Source: an uncultured Gemmatimonadales bacterium (GTDB lineage: Bacteria > Gemmatimonadota > Gemmatimonadetes > Longimicrobiales > RSA9). Taken from it: a stretch of DNA of 64,000 bases. Position 1 is the stretch's first letter. Each line of letters opens with the position of its first letter. Location: assembly GCA_963816355.1 (NCBI GenBank), contig CAWFKH010000004.1, positions 32,001 through 96,000 on the forward strand, written 5' to 3'. The translations under genes and the position numbers were made by a program. This document shows, piece by piece, positions 1 to 9,273 of the stretch. Under the pieces are notes generated by a model, which was not told where the DNA came from, did no database searches, and saw nothing but the letters and a program-made list of their open reading frames with translations.

Positions 1-888
1 GAGGCCGATGCCGACGCCGAAGATCCAGCGGCCGGCGTGGGTGACGGGGCTGGTCACCATGTCGGTGGCCATGTAGACCGCGCCGAGGACGAGTCCACCG
101 GAGAGCAGCATGAAGAGCGGACCGACGAAGCGGTCGGGCGCGATGGCGTGGAGCAGCGCGCTCAGCGCGGCGACGCTGGCGAAGATCGCCGTCGGGATGC
201 GCCAGTCGAGGTAGCGCTTCCACGCGAGGTAGGCGCCGCAGAGCAGGATGAGCAGCGCGGCGGTCTCGCCGATGGAGCCGGCGGTGTTGCCGATCAGCAG
301 CTCGCGGAGCGGCGTGGCCGCGTGCTCGAACTTGAAGCGGCCGAGCGGCGTCGCGGCGGTGATGGCGTCGATCGCGTGGGGCGAGGCGAAGGGCACGGCG
401 AGGTTGGCGCGCAGGATCGTGCGGGCGTCGCCGTGGACGCCGGGCCAGGTGGTGATCGCGACGGGGAAGGCCGCCTGCAGGAAGGCGCGGCCGAGCAGCG
501 CCGGGTTGAAGACGTTCTGGCCGAGGCCGCCGAAGAGCACCTTGCCGAAGCCGATGCCGAAGGCGCCGCCGAGCGCGGCCATCCAGAGCGGGAACGAGGC
601 GGGCAGCGTGAGCCCGAGCAGAAGCCCGGTGATGGCGGCGGAGCCGTCGCGCAGGGAGGCGCCGCGACCGCGGCCGAAGAGGCGCTCCGTACCGACGGCG
701 CCCAGGGTGCTGGCGACGACGACGAGCAGCGCGCCGGGGCCGAAGAACCACGCGGCGGCGGCGACGATCGGGACGAGCGTCGCCACGACGGTCCACATGA
801 TGCGCGCGGTCGAGTCGTTCGCCTTGAGGTGCGGCGAGGCGAGGAGGTCGAGCCGCTCGGTGCCGGCGGCGGTGTTCGGCGCGCTCAC
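1..888 (-). CDS. rnfD: Rnf electron transport complex subunit D (3' end outside window)
   Basis: Not in the ORF track; translated manually. GTG at 888 overlaps the rnfC stop. Reads MSAPNTAAGTERLDLLASPHLK...GGLGQNVFNPALLGRAF...DAITAATPL (FMN-Thr motif)...GSIGETA...YMATDMVTSP; multi-TM. Confidence 0.93.
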   Translation of the reverse strand, partial: MSAPNTAAGTERLDLLASPHLKANDSTARIMWTVVATLVPIVAAAAWFFGPGALLVVVASTLGAVGTERLFGRGRGASLRDGSAAITGLLLGLTLPASFPLWMAALGGAFGIGFGKVLFGGLGQNVFNPALLGRAFLQAAFPVAITTWPGVHGDARTILRANLAVPFASPHAIDAITAATPLGRFKFEHAATPLRELLIGNTAGSIGETAALLILLCGAYLAWKRYLDWRIPTAIFASVAALSALLHAIAPDRFVGPLFMLLSGGLVLGAVYMATDMVTSPVTHAGRWIFGVGIGL

Positions 889-2216
889 GCCGCGCGCTCC
901 TTCCGGCCGCGCAACTGGCGCTTGGCGAGCGCGAAGAGCTGCGACAGCGGGATATTGGAGGGGCAGACGTAGGAGCAGGAGCCGCAGAGCATGCAATCGG
1001 CGAGGTGCGCGGCGGTCATCTCCTCGTAGCGGCCGGCCTGGCCGAGGATGCCGAGCAGCGACGGGTTCAGGAAGACCGGGCACGCCTCGAGGCAGCGGCC
1101 GCAGCGGATGCAGGGGTAGGTCTCGCGCTGGCGCACCTCGTCGCGCGTGAGCACGACGATGCCGCTCGTGCCCTTCGTGACCGGCGCGTTCAGGTCCGGC
1201 TGCGCGATGCCCATCATCGGGCCACCGGACACGACCTCCGCGGCCTCGTCGGTGAGGCCGCCGCAGTGCTCGATCACGTCGACGAGCTTCGTGCCGACCG
1301 GCACGACGAGGTTGGCGGGGCGGCGCAGCCCGCGCCCGGTGACGGTGACGATGCGCTCGACGAGGGGGAAGCCGGTCTCGAACACCTCCGCGATCGCCGC
1401 GATCGAGCCGACGTTCTGCACGACCACTCCGACGTGCAGCGGCAGCTTGCCGGAGGGGACCTCGCGCCCGGTCACGGCGCGGATCAGCATCTTCTCGGCG
1501 CCCTGCGGATACTTCACCTCGAGCGGCCGGATCGTGACATCCAGGTCCGCCGGGCGGGCGACGTGCATGCGCTCGATCGCGTCCGGCTTGTTCATCTCGA
1601 TGCCGACGATGGCGCGGCGCACGCCGAGCGCGTGCATCATGATGCGGATGCCGAAGTGGACGCGCTCCGCGTGCTCGACCATCAGGCGGTGATCGCTGGT
1701 GAGGTACGGCTCGCACTCGACGCCGTTCACCAGCAGCAGCTCGATCGCGCCCTCCTTTGGCGGCTGCAGCTTCACGTGCGTGGGGAACGCGGCGCCGCCC
1801 AGGCCGACGACGCCCGCCGCCTGCACCGCGCGCACGACGTCCGCCGGCGCGAGTCCCTCCCAGCGCGGCACCATGCGCGGCCGCGGGATCTGCGGCGAGT
1901 GCGCGTCGAGCTCGATGCGGATCGCGTCGTCCAGGCTGCCGTCCGGGTGCGGCCACAGCCCCACCTCGCGCACGACGCCCGCCGCCGACGCGTGCATCGG
2001 CACGGACACAAAGCCGTCCGCCTCGGCCACCTTGTCGCCGCGCTCCACGCGCTCGCCCACGCGGACCAGCGGCTTCGCCGGCCGGCCCGCGTGCTGCCGC
2101 AGCGGCAGCACGACCTCGCGCGGGAACGGCATGCGCCGGATCGGCAGCGCCGCCGTCAGCTCTTTCGCGTCCGGCGGATGGACGCCGTGTCGGAAACCGG
2201 GAAACCGCATCGTCAC
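885..2216 (-). CDS. rnfC: Rnf electron transport complex subunit C
   Basis: GVHPP, GVVGLGGAAFPTHVKL, NGVECEPYLTSD and KYPQGAEK motifs; two CxxCxxCxxxCP clusters. Start may be ATG at 2210. Confidence 0.95.
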   Translation of the reverse strand: MTMRFPGFRHGVHPPDAKELTAALPIRRMPFPREVVLPLRQHAGRPAKPLVRVGERVERGDKVAEADGFVSVPMHASAAGVVREVGLWPHPDGSLDDAIRIELDAHSPQIPRPRMVPRWEGLAPADVVRAVQAAGVVGLGGAAFPTHVKLQPPKEGAIELLLVNGVECEPYLTSDHRLMVEHAERVHFGIRIMMHALGVRRAIVGIEMNKPDAIERMHVARPADLDVTIRPLEVKYPQGAEKMLIRAVTGREVPSGKLPLHVGVVVQNVGSIAAIAEVFETGFPLVERIVTVTGRGLRRPANLVVPVGTKLVDVIEHCGGLTDEAAEVVSGGPMMGIAQPDLNAPVTKGTSGIVVLTRDEVRQRETYPCIRCGRCLEACPVFLNPSLLGILGQAGRYEEMTAAHLADCMLCGSCSYVCPSNIPLSQLFALAKRQLRGRKERAA

Positions 2217-2235
2217 CTCGCAGGCGCCGCGGCGC

Positions 2236-5200
2236 TCAGTTGAACGGAGCGGCGCGCTTCGTCCACTTCTCCAGGTCCTTCTCCTTCGGATCGAGCGGGG
2301 TGCCGGGGTGGATGAGGCCCGCCGGGCACCGCTCCGCCGCCGTGACCAGCTGCGCGAACGTGCCCGCGCGCGGGTCTTTGATGTACGCCTGCTTGTTCTC
2401 GTCGTAGGCGAACATGCGGCCGTTCAGGTTCGTGCACTCGTTGCACGTCGTGCAGCGGTCCGAGTCGATGTACGGCTCCATCGCGAGGCCGTCCTCCTCC
2501 GCCACCACCGCCGTCGCCGCTCCGCCGGACGACGCCGCAGCCGGCGCCCCGGCCGCTGCCTCCGCCGCGCCGGCGCCGACCGAGCCGGCCGGCGCATCGC
2601 CGGCGAGGGTGGCCGCGCCCGCCCCGTGCGTGCCGTTGCCGTTGCCGGATCCGCCGCCGTGGGCGGGGCTCGCGACGGAGAAGCCGGTGGCGGAGAGGGA
2701 CTCGGGCGTGATCGGCTCGAGGTCCGTCATGCGGGCGACGCGCGCGAGCAGGTCGGCGAGGCGCTGGTCGCCGGCGCCGCGGACGAGGCCCTCGGCCATG
2801 CGTCGGGCGACGAAGCGCGGATAGCCGTCGCGCAGCTCGGCGATCTTCGCCTCGTACTCGGCGCGCACGGCCTGCACGCGGCGCTCGACCTCGCCGTCGA
2901 GCTCGCGCTCGACGGCGTCGCGGGCGACGTCGGAGGGGCGCACGCCGGCGAGCTCGCGGAGCTGCGCCCACAGCGAGAGGCGGTCGTCGGCGAGGGCGAC
3001 GATCTCGGGCGAGACCTCGAGGCGGCGCAGGCGGCGGTCCTCGCCGACCGTGAAGATGAAGGCGGTCTTCCCTTCCCTGTCGGCGCTCGGCAGCGCGACG
3101 ACCTCGTGGAACGGCAGGGCGTCGTCGGCCTTCGCGTCGGCGAGCGGGCGGAAGTGCTTGCGGAAGCGGGACTCGGTCGCGGCCCAGTCGGCGGTGGTGA
3201 GCGGCAGCTCGAGCGTGCGCGGCTCGCCTGCGTCGTCGACGTACTCGAGCGTGTAGGCGGGCCAGTCGTCGTCCACGGCGGGGTTGCCCTCGAGGCTGAT
3301 GCGCTCGGCGAGGGAAGTGCCCGCGTCGGGGTCGTAGGTGACGAAGGGGAAGGCGCGGCTCTCGAGCGCGAGCCTGGCGCCGCGCGGCGCCCAGTCGTCG
3401 GGGAGCCCGTGCTCGACGGGGCACGGCGTGTAGAGGTTGAAGACGGCGGGCCTGCGGGTCTGCAGCCCCTTCAGCACGCCGGCGATGAGGTGCGACGGCG
3501 AGGCCTGCGAGGACTGGTGGACGAAGACGCCGCGGTGGGCGAGCGCGATGAGCGCCAGCTCCTTGCGGGTCTCCTCCTTGCCGTGGTGCGCGCCGCCCCA
3601 GGCGGCCATGTCGGAGACCTGGCCGGTGAAGCCGCTGGTGCACGCCTGGCCGCCGGTGTTCGAGTAGACCTGAGTGTCGAGGACGACGACGCGAATCGGC
3701 TTCCCGCTTGCCAGCAATCGTGAAAGGTTCTGGAAGCCGATGTCCAGCATCGCGCCGTCGCCCCCGATGGCCACGATGGGCGGGCAGAGGGCGAATTCGT
3801 CGTCGTCGAACTGTTGCCAGTCGAAGGCGGCGAAGAACGGCTCGTGGGTCTCCGGGTCGTAGTCGCCGGCGGCGAGGCGCTCGGCGCGGCGGACGGCGAC
3901 GAAGGCGTCGGCCATCTTGCGCATGTGCCCCTCGAAGAGGCCGATCGCGATCGACGGCGCGTCCTGGAAGAGGTGATTGACCCACGGGTACGGGTACGGA
4001 TTGTACGGATAGGTGCTGCCCCAGACGGAGGAGCAGCCGGTGCTGTTGGCGATGCCGAGTGCCGCGCGGCCGCGGCCGCCGGGGCCCTCGACGTAGCGCC
4101 AGCGCAAGTCCTTCAGCGCGGCGACGCTCTCGCGGATGCGGGCGAGGTTGTCGCGCGCGTCGTCGTCGAGCGGCAGCGCGACGTCGCCTTCCCACACCGT
4201 CTCGAGGTCGACGTCGGCGACGAGCATGCCGCGCGCGTCGGCGTCGAGCTTCGCGAGCAGGCCGTCGATCTTCTCGACGAAGCGGGCGACGCGCGGCTGC
4301 ATCAGCGCCTCGATCGTCGCCGTGACGAGGTGGACGGTGGTCTTCTCGCCGCAGCCCATGCAGGCGCCGTCGCCGCCGACCATCGAGCGGTAGCTGTCCT
4401 TGCGCAGCAGCAGCGAGGGCAGGACGCCGATCCCCTCCTCGAGGTTCGAGATGTTGATGTAGCGCTCCGGCGTGTCGGGCAGCTTCTCCCACAGCCGCCA
4501 GTTGCGGCGCAGCCGCTCGACCACGTCCGCGTCCTGCTTGATGGTGACGAGCGCGTCCTCCGGGCAGACGTCGACGCAGATGTTGCAGCCCTTGCACGCT
4601 TCCGGGTTGATCGTGATGCTCAGCAGCCCGCCGCTCCCCTTCTCGCGCCCCTCGGGCAGGTCGAAGAAGGGCGCCGTGCGGGCGAGCGGGAAGTCCGCGA
4701 GCAACGAGTAGACGGCGGCGAACTCGTCGTCGAGCGCGGCGCGGCGGTCGGCGTCCCAGTCGAGCTTGCCGACGAGATTGCGGTACGCCGCGGAAGCGAC
4801 ATCGCGGAAGCGGCCGAACGGCACGCCGGCGGCGACCTTGTGCGCCTCCTTCGCGAGCGGCTTGGCCATCTGCCGGATGCGGGCGAAGGCGCGGCCGGCG
4901 CCGCCCGCCTCGCGGTCGATCTCGGTGGCGGTGCGGATGGCGGCGTCGAACAGATCCTCGACGGAGCTGACGAGGCCGGGGATCGCGGCGTCGGGGCACT
5001 GCGTCCAGCACTGGCTGCAGCCGGTGCACTTCTCCGCGATGAAGTCCGGCACCTCGAAGCGGATGTCGGTCATGTCGCGGATCGCGCTGGTCGCGGCCGG
5101 GATCGCGCTGATCGCGGCGAACGGGTCCGCGATGCCGTCCTGGCCGGCGCGGTACGTCGCGCACACCTGCTCGAAGAAGCGGCCGGGGTCGGCGATCCCC

Positions 5201-7398
5201 GCGGCGACGCCGTCGACGTCCATGACGGAGGGCATGCGGCCGGCGGCGGGCGCGGCCGCGTCGTCGGCGCGGGGCTCGCCGTGCGCGACCTCGCGCACCT
5301 CGTCGAAGCCGCGGCGGATGACGCGCAGGTTGTCGTCGACGACGCGCGCGCCGAGCTTGCCGAACTTCTTGCGGAGCTGGGCGTGGATGCCGTCGAAGAG
5401 GCGCTCCTTCCACTCGCCCTCGTGCTCGAGCAGCGGCGCGACGGCGAAGAAGGCGCCCATGAAGGCGGCGCCCTGCATGCGGTAGCGCAGCTCGGCGTCG
5501 GACGCCTCGTCGTTCGCGATGCGGAAGCCGTCCAGCGCGTAGAGCCGGATGCCGCGCGCGACGATGTCGGCCTGCGTCGCGGCGGGGAGCGAGTCCCACA
5601 GCGCGGCGTCGTCCAGGTCGCTCTGCACGACGAAGGCGCCGCCGTCCGCGAGCCCCAGCAACGGGTCGGAGTGGCGGAAGACGTTCGGGTCCGGCGAGAG
5701 CACGACGTCGACGTGGCGCAGCTCGGCGTTGAGCCGCACCGGCGTCGGCGACAGCGTGGCGTAGAAGGTCGTCGGCTGACCCTTCTTCTCCGAGCCGTAC
5801 TTCGGGTTCGCCTTGATGTGCAGGCCGAGCAGCTCGAAGGCGGTGAGCGCGACGTTCTTGCCCATCGTGATCGCGCCCCAGCCGCCGACCGAGTGGATGC
5901 GCAGCGCGAGCGATCCGGGCGGCAGCAGGTTCAGCCCCTTCACCGGATCGAGCGAGAGCGTCTCGAGGTGCGGATACGCGTCGAGCAGCTTCTCCTGCCA
6001 GATCTGCAGCTTCGGCAGCCGCGTGTGCTTCCGGATGAACTCGACGCCCAGGTAGAAGTGGCGGCGGCCCGCGCCGCCGGGCAGCATGTTCTCGACGGCG
6101 GCGACAATGTCGCCCGGCTGCAGGTCGCGGCTGCCGAAGCCGAAGCCGCCGGAGTGGAAGGCGGGCATCGCGGCGGGCGATACGGCGGCGAGGTCCGGGA
6201 ACGGCCGCGCGGCGTCGCGCTTGACGGCGGCGGCGTGGTTCTCGGCGGCGCGCGACATCGCCGCGCGGATCTCGCGCAGCAGCGGCAGCTCGACGGCGAG
6301 CGGCTGGTCGACGCGCTCGAGGACGACGACACCTTTCTTCGCCGCGAGCAGCGAAGTGACGAGGTCGGCGGGGAAGGGGCGGAACATCGTCAGGTCGAGC
6401 ACGCCGACGCGCAGGCCGCGGGTCTCGCGCAGGTGGTCGGCGACGGCCTCGGCGTTGCTGACGACGGAGCCCTGGCCGACGATGACGTAGTCGGCGTCGT
6501 CGACGAGGTAGCCGGAGGCGCGCGCGTAGCGGCGGCCGGTGAGCGCGGCGTACTCGGCGAACGCCTGGTCGGCGAGCGCGGCGATGTGGTCGAAGTAGAA
6601 GGGGCGCTGGGCGGCGACGCCCTGCGCGTACGCGTCCTGGTTCTGCACGACGCCGAGCATCGCCGGGTAGTCGAGGTCGAACATCTCCGGGATGCGGCGG
6701 CGGCGCTCGCCGAAGACGAGGCGCTGCGCGGGCGTGGGCGATGCGACGTGGTCGGACGGGTCGCCGAGGTACTCGCGGACGAGGTCCGGCTCCGGCACGC
6801 GGATCGACTCGATGACGTGGCTGGTGAGGAAGCCGTCCTGCGCGCACACGCCGGGCGTCAGCGACAGCTCCGCGATGCGGTGCGCGATCAGGCCGAGGTC
6901 CGCGGCCGCCTGCACGTCCTTCGCGAAGAGCTGGAAGAAGCCGGTGTCGTCGATCGCGTGGTAGTCGTCGTGGCCGGCGTGCACGTTGAGCGCGTGCTTC
7001 GTCATCGCGCGCGCGGCCACGTGGAGCACGTAGGTGAGCCGCTTGCCCGCCGCCGCGTAGAGCGACTCGTGCATGTAGGCGATGCCCTGGCCGCTCGAGA
7101 AGTTCGTCGCGCGCAGACCCATCATGCTCATGCCCGCGGTGACCGCCGCCGCGGCGTGCTCGCCCTCCGGCTCGAAGAAGAGGAGGCGGCGGCCGAAGAC
7201 GTTCGTCTTCCCGCCCGCGACGGCGAGGGCCCACCCCTCGCCCATCTGCGTCGACGGCGTGATCGGGTAGGCGCCCGCGGCCTCGCTCGCCGCGGTCTCG
7301 ACGGCGACCACCGCGCCGCTGCCGTCGGTCGCTTCGGGGATCCCGGGGAAAGGCGGCGGCGTCGCCTCCTGCGCCTGCTTCCTGCGCGTGATGATCAT
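2236..7398 (-). CDS. Large single-chain pyruvate:ferredoxin oxidoreductase-like enzyme (1720 aa) with an extra C-terminal ferredoxin domain
   Basis: YPITPS, HVAAR, IHSVGGWG gamma domain, two CxxCxxCxxxCP, GACMGCGE, ANSTGCSS, GGDGAMLDIG, YSNTGGQ; C-terminal CTTCNEC...CP. ATG at 7398 overlaps the rnfB stop (ATGA). Confidence 0.92.
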   Translation of the reverse strand: MIITRRKQAQEATPPPFPGIPEATDGSGAVVAVETAASEAAGAYPITPSTQMGEGWALAVAGGKTNVFGRRLLFFEPEGEHAAAAVTAGMSMMGLRATNFSSGQGIAYMHESLYAAAGKRLTYVLHVAARAMTKHALNVHAGHDDYHAIDDTGFFQLFAKDVQAAADLGLIAHRIAELSLTPGVCAQDGFLTSHVIESIRVPEPDLVREYLGDPSDHVASPTPAQRLVFGERRRRIPEMFDLDYPAMLGVVQNQDAYAQGVAAQRPFYFDHIAALADQAFAEYAALTGRRYARASGYLVDDADYVIVGQGSVVSNAEAVADHLRETRGLRVGVLDLTMFRPFPADLVTSLLAAKKGVVVLERVDQPLAVELPLLREIRAAMSRAAENHAAAVKRDAARPFPDLAAVSPAAMPAFHSGGFGFGSRDLQPGDIVAAVENMLPGGAGRRHFYLGVEFIRKHTRLPKLQIWQEKLLDAYPHLETLSLDPVKGLNLLPPGSLALRIHSVGGWGAITMGKNVALTAFELLGLHIKANPKYGSEKKGQPTTFYATLSPTPVRLNAELRHVDVVLSPDPNVFRHSDPLLGLADGGAFVVQSDLDDAALWDSLPAATQADIVARGIRLYALDGFRIANDEASDAELRYRMQGAAFMGAFFAVAPLLEHEGEWKERLFDGIHAQLRKKFGKLGARVVDDNLRVIRRGFDEVREVAHGEPRADDAAAPAAGRMPSVMDVDGVAAGIADPGRFFEQVCATYRAGQDGIADPFAAISAIPAATSAIRDMTDIRFEVPDFIAEKCTGCSQCWTQCPDAAIPGLVSSVEDLFDAAIRTATEIDREAGGAGRAFARIRQMAKPLAKEAHKVAAGVPFGRFRDVASAAYRNLVGKLDWDADRRAALDDEFAAVYSLLADFPLARTAPFFDLPEGREKGSGGLLSITINPEACKGCNICVDVCPEDALVTIKQDADVVERLRRNWRLWEKLPDTPERYINISNLEEGIGVLPSLLLRKDSYRSMVGGDGACMGCGEKTTVHLVTATIEALMQPRVARFVEKIDGLLAKLDADARGMLVADVDLETVWEGDVALPLDDDARDNLARIRESVAALKDLRWRYVEGPGGRGRAALGIANSTGCSSVWGSTYPYNPYPYPWVNHLFQDAPSIAIGLFEGHMRKMADAFVAVRRAERLAAGDYDPETHEPFFAAFDWQQFDDDEFALCPPIVAIGGDGAMLDIGFQNLSRLLASGKPIRVVVLDTQVYSNTGGQACTSGFTGQVSDMAAWGGAHHGKEETRKELALIALAHRGVFVHQSSQASPSHLIAGVLKGLQTRRPAVFNLYTPCPVEHGLPDDWAPRGARLALESRAFPFVTYDPDAGTSLAERISLEGNPAVDDDWPAYTLEYVDDAGEPRTLELPLTTADWAATESRFRKHFRPLADAKADDALPFHEVVALPSADREGKTAFIFTVGEDRRLRRLEVSPEIVALADDRLSLWAQLRELAGVRPSDVARDAVERELDGEVERRVQAVRAEYEAKIAELRDGYPRFVARRMAEGLVRGAGDQRLADLLARVARMTDLEPITPESLSATGFSVASPAHGGGSGNGNGTHGAGAATLAGDAPAGSVGAGAAEAAAGAPAAASSGGAATAVVAEEDGLAMEPYIDSDRCTTCNECTNLNGRMFAYDENKQAYIKDPRAGTFAQLVTAAERCPAGLIHPGTPLDPKEKDLEKWTKRAAPFN

Positions 7399-8246
7399 GC
7401 TTGCTGTCTCCCGGCCGGTACCATGGCGGCGTCGAACTGCGCCCACTCCACCCACGCGATGGCGCCCGTGGGGCAACGCACCGTGGCGGCGGGGTCGGCG
7501 AGCTCGTTCTTCGAGTAGTCGATGACGGCGAGGTTGCGGTCCATGCGGATGACGCCGGCGGGCGCGTCCTGCACGCACCGGCCGCACGCGTTGCACGCGA
7601 CGGCGCACAGGCCCGTCGCGTCCTCGCCGTCGAGGAGGTTGCGGCACTGCACGATCAGCTTCTCGTCGATCGGCATGATCGTGAACAGACCGAGCGGGCA
7701 CGCCACGACGCAGTCGTTGCAGGCGGTGCACAGCCCGGGATCGACGGCCGGCAAGCCGGTCGCGCTCATGCGAATCGCGTCGAAGGTGCACGCGACGGCG
7801 CAGTCGCCCAGGCCGAGACAGCCCCAGGGGCAGCCCTTGCCGCCGCCGCTCACCGCCGCCGCGGCCGCGCAGCTATCGATGCCGCGGTACGTCGCCTTGC
7901 GCGGGGCGACGTCCTCACCGCCCGCGCACAGCAGGCGCGCCACCCGCTTCACCGCCTCGCCGGCGTCCACGCCGAGGTAGGCGGCGACGTCCTCGCGCGC
8001 GTCCGCGCTCATCACCGTGCACGTCGCGGGCGCCACGGCGCCGCCCACCGCCGCCTCCGCGAAGGCGCGGCAGCCGGCGTAGCCGCAGGCGCCGCAGTTG
8101 GCCCCCGGCAGCATGTCCGTCACCGCATCGATGCGCGGGTCCTCCCACACGTGGAAGCGGCGCGACGCGAGTGCGATCAGGCCGCCGAAGGCGAGCCCGA
8201 CGCCGCCGAGGATGACGGCCGAATCGAGGACGGCACCGATGGCCAT
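7395..8246 (-). CDS. rnfB: Rnf electron transport complex subunit B (membrane-anchored polyferredoxin)
   Basis: N-terminal TM helix, LPGANCGACGYAGC, GCLGLGDCAVAC, CTACNDCVVACP, CNACGRCVQD; ATG at 8246. Confidence 0.92.
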   Translation of the reverse strand: MAIGAVLDSAVILGGVGLAFGGLIALASRRFHVWEDPRIDAVTDMLPGANCGACGYAGCRAFAEAAVGGAVAPATCTVMSADAREDVAAYLGVDAGEAVKRVARLLCAGGEDVAPRKATYRGIDSCAAAAAVSGGGKGCPWGCLGLGDCAVACTFDAIRMSATGLPAVDPGLCTACNDCVVACPLGLFTIMPIDEKLIVQCRNLLDGEDATGLCAVACNACGRCVQDAPAGVIRMDRNLAVIDYSKNELADPAATVRCPTGAIAWVEWAQFDAAMVPAGRQQA

Positions 8247-8253
8247 CGCGCCC

Positions 8254-9273
8254 TCAGTCGGCCACTTCGAGGTCGGCGTGGCGGAGCAGCCACGCCGCGA
8301 GACGGTCGACCGGCGCGACGGGCGGCGCCGCGACGCCGGCGCTCGCGGCCGCGACGGCGGGCGAGCCGACGGCGGCGGCCGCGACGAGCGAGCGGAGCTG
8401 CGCCAGCTCCTGCGCCTGCTGGAAGACGCCGCTGCGGCCGAGCGCGCGGCCCGGCGCCTCCTCCGGCAGGCGCGGCGCGGCGAGCCGCGGATCGGCGCTC
8501 GGGTCGTGCGTGAACACGGCCGCGGACGCGGGCACGAGCGCCGCGACGCCCGGGCCCTCGAAGGCGGCGAGCCGGTCCAGGTCGGCGGCGTCCGCGCTCT
8601 GCATGACGAAGACATCCGGCGTCACGAGCCGCACGAGCGCGGCGGGCGGCGCGGCGCCGCGCACGACGAGCACGACCTTCTGGGCGCCATCGAGTACGCC
8701 GGCGAGGGGGCCGACGCGCAGGTCCGCGCCGTCGACCGTCACCACGAGCGGGGGCGCGATGCGACGCTCGGCGCGATTCCAGCGCGCGAAGGCGAAGCCA
8801 TCGTGCAGCGCGCCGTCGTCCTCGGCGGGGCGGCCGGCGCGGGCGAGCGCGACCACACGCGCCGCGGCGAAGGGGCGGCCGAAGTTGGCGAGCGCGTCCT
8901 CGACGGCGTCGCCGAGGTCCGCGCCGGTCAGGACGTCGACGTGGAACGCGGCCTCGTCGAGGGAGGCGAAGGCGTCGAGCACGGCGGCGGCGGCGGCGAC
9001 CCGCTCGAGCGTCGCGGCGTCGAGCAGCGTGCCGGCGGCAAAGAGGCTCTGGAAGCGGGCGACGTCGAGGCGTCCGGCAGCGAAGGGACCGAGGCCGGCG
9101 CGCCCGAAGAGGGCGGCGATGTCGCCGCCGCCGTTGCCGGCGGCGTCGTCGGGACTGCGGGTGGCGCGCCAGGCGCGCACCTCCTCGGCCGCGGCGACGA
9201 CGACGGAGCGGTAGGCGTCGCGGGCGGACGCGAGCGCCGCGAGGGCGCGGGTGACGCGGTCGTCAGACGGCAT
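8254..9273 (-). CDS. Hypothetical protein, Cys-free, apparent degenerate paralog of the PFOR TPP-binding region
   Basis: 339-aa ORF overlapping the korB stop and ending 7 nt before rnfB; by-eye colinear similarity to the C-terminal half of the adjacent PFOR (see findings). Confidence 0.85.
   Translation of the reverse strand: MPSDDRVTRALAALASARDAYRSVVVAAAEEVRAWRATRSPDDAAGNGGGDIAALFGRAGLGPFAAGRLDVARFQSLFAAGTLLDAATLERVAAAAAVLDAFASLDEAAFHVDVLTGADLGDAVEDALANFGRPFAAARVVALARAGRPAEDDGALHDGFAFARWNRAERRIAPPLVVTVDGADLRVGPLAGVLDGAQKVVLVVRGAAPPAALVRLVTPDVFVMQSADAADLDRLAAFEGPGVAALVPASAAVFTHDPSADPRLAAPRLPEEAPGRALGRSGVFQQAQELAQLRSLVAAAAVGSPAVAAASAGVAAPPVAPVDRLAAWLLRHADLEVAD

Noticed and set aside
2213..7518. 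Very long alternative-frame ORFs (e.g. 2213..7234 -, 3814..7518 +) and many similar ones across the window
   Set aside because: Arg/Ala/Gly/Pro-rich shadow frames expected from stop-codon scarcity in high-GC DNA; they overlap well-supported genes.
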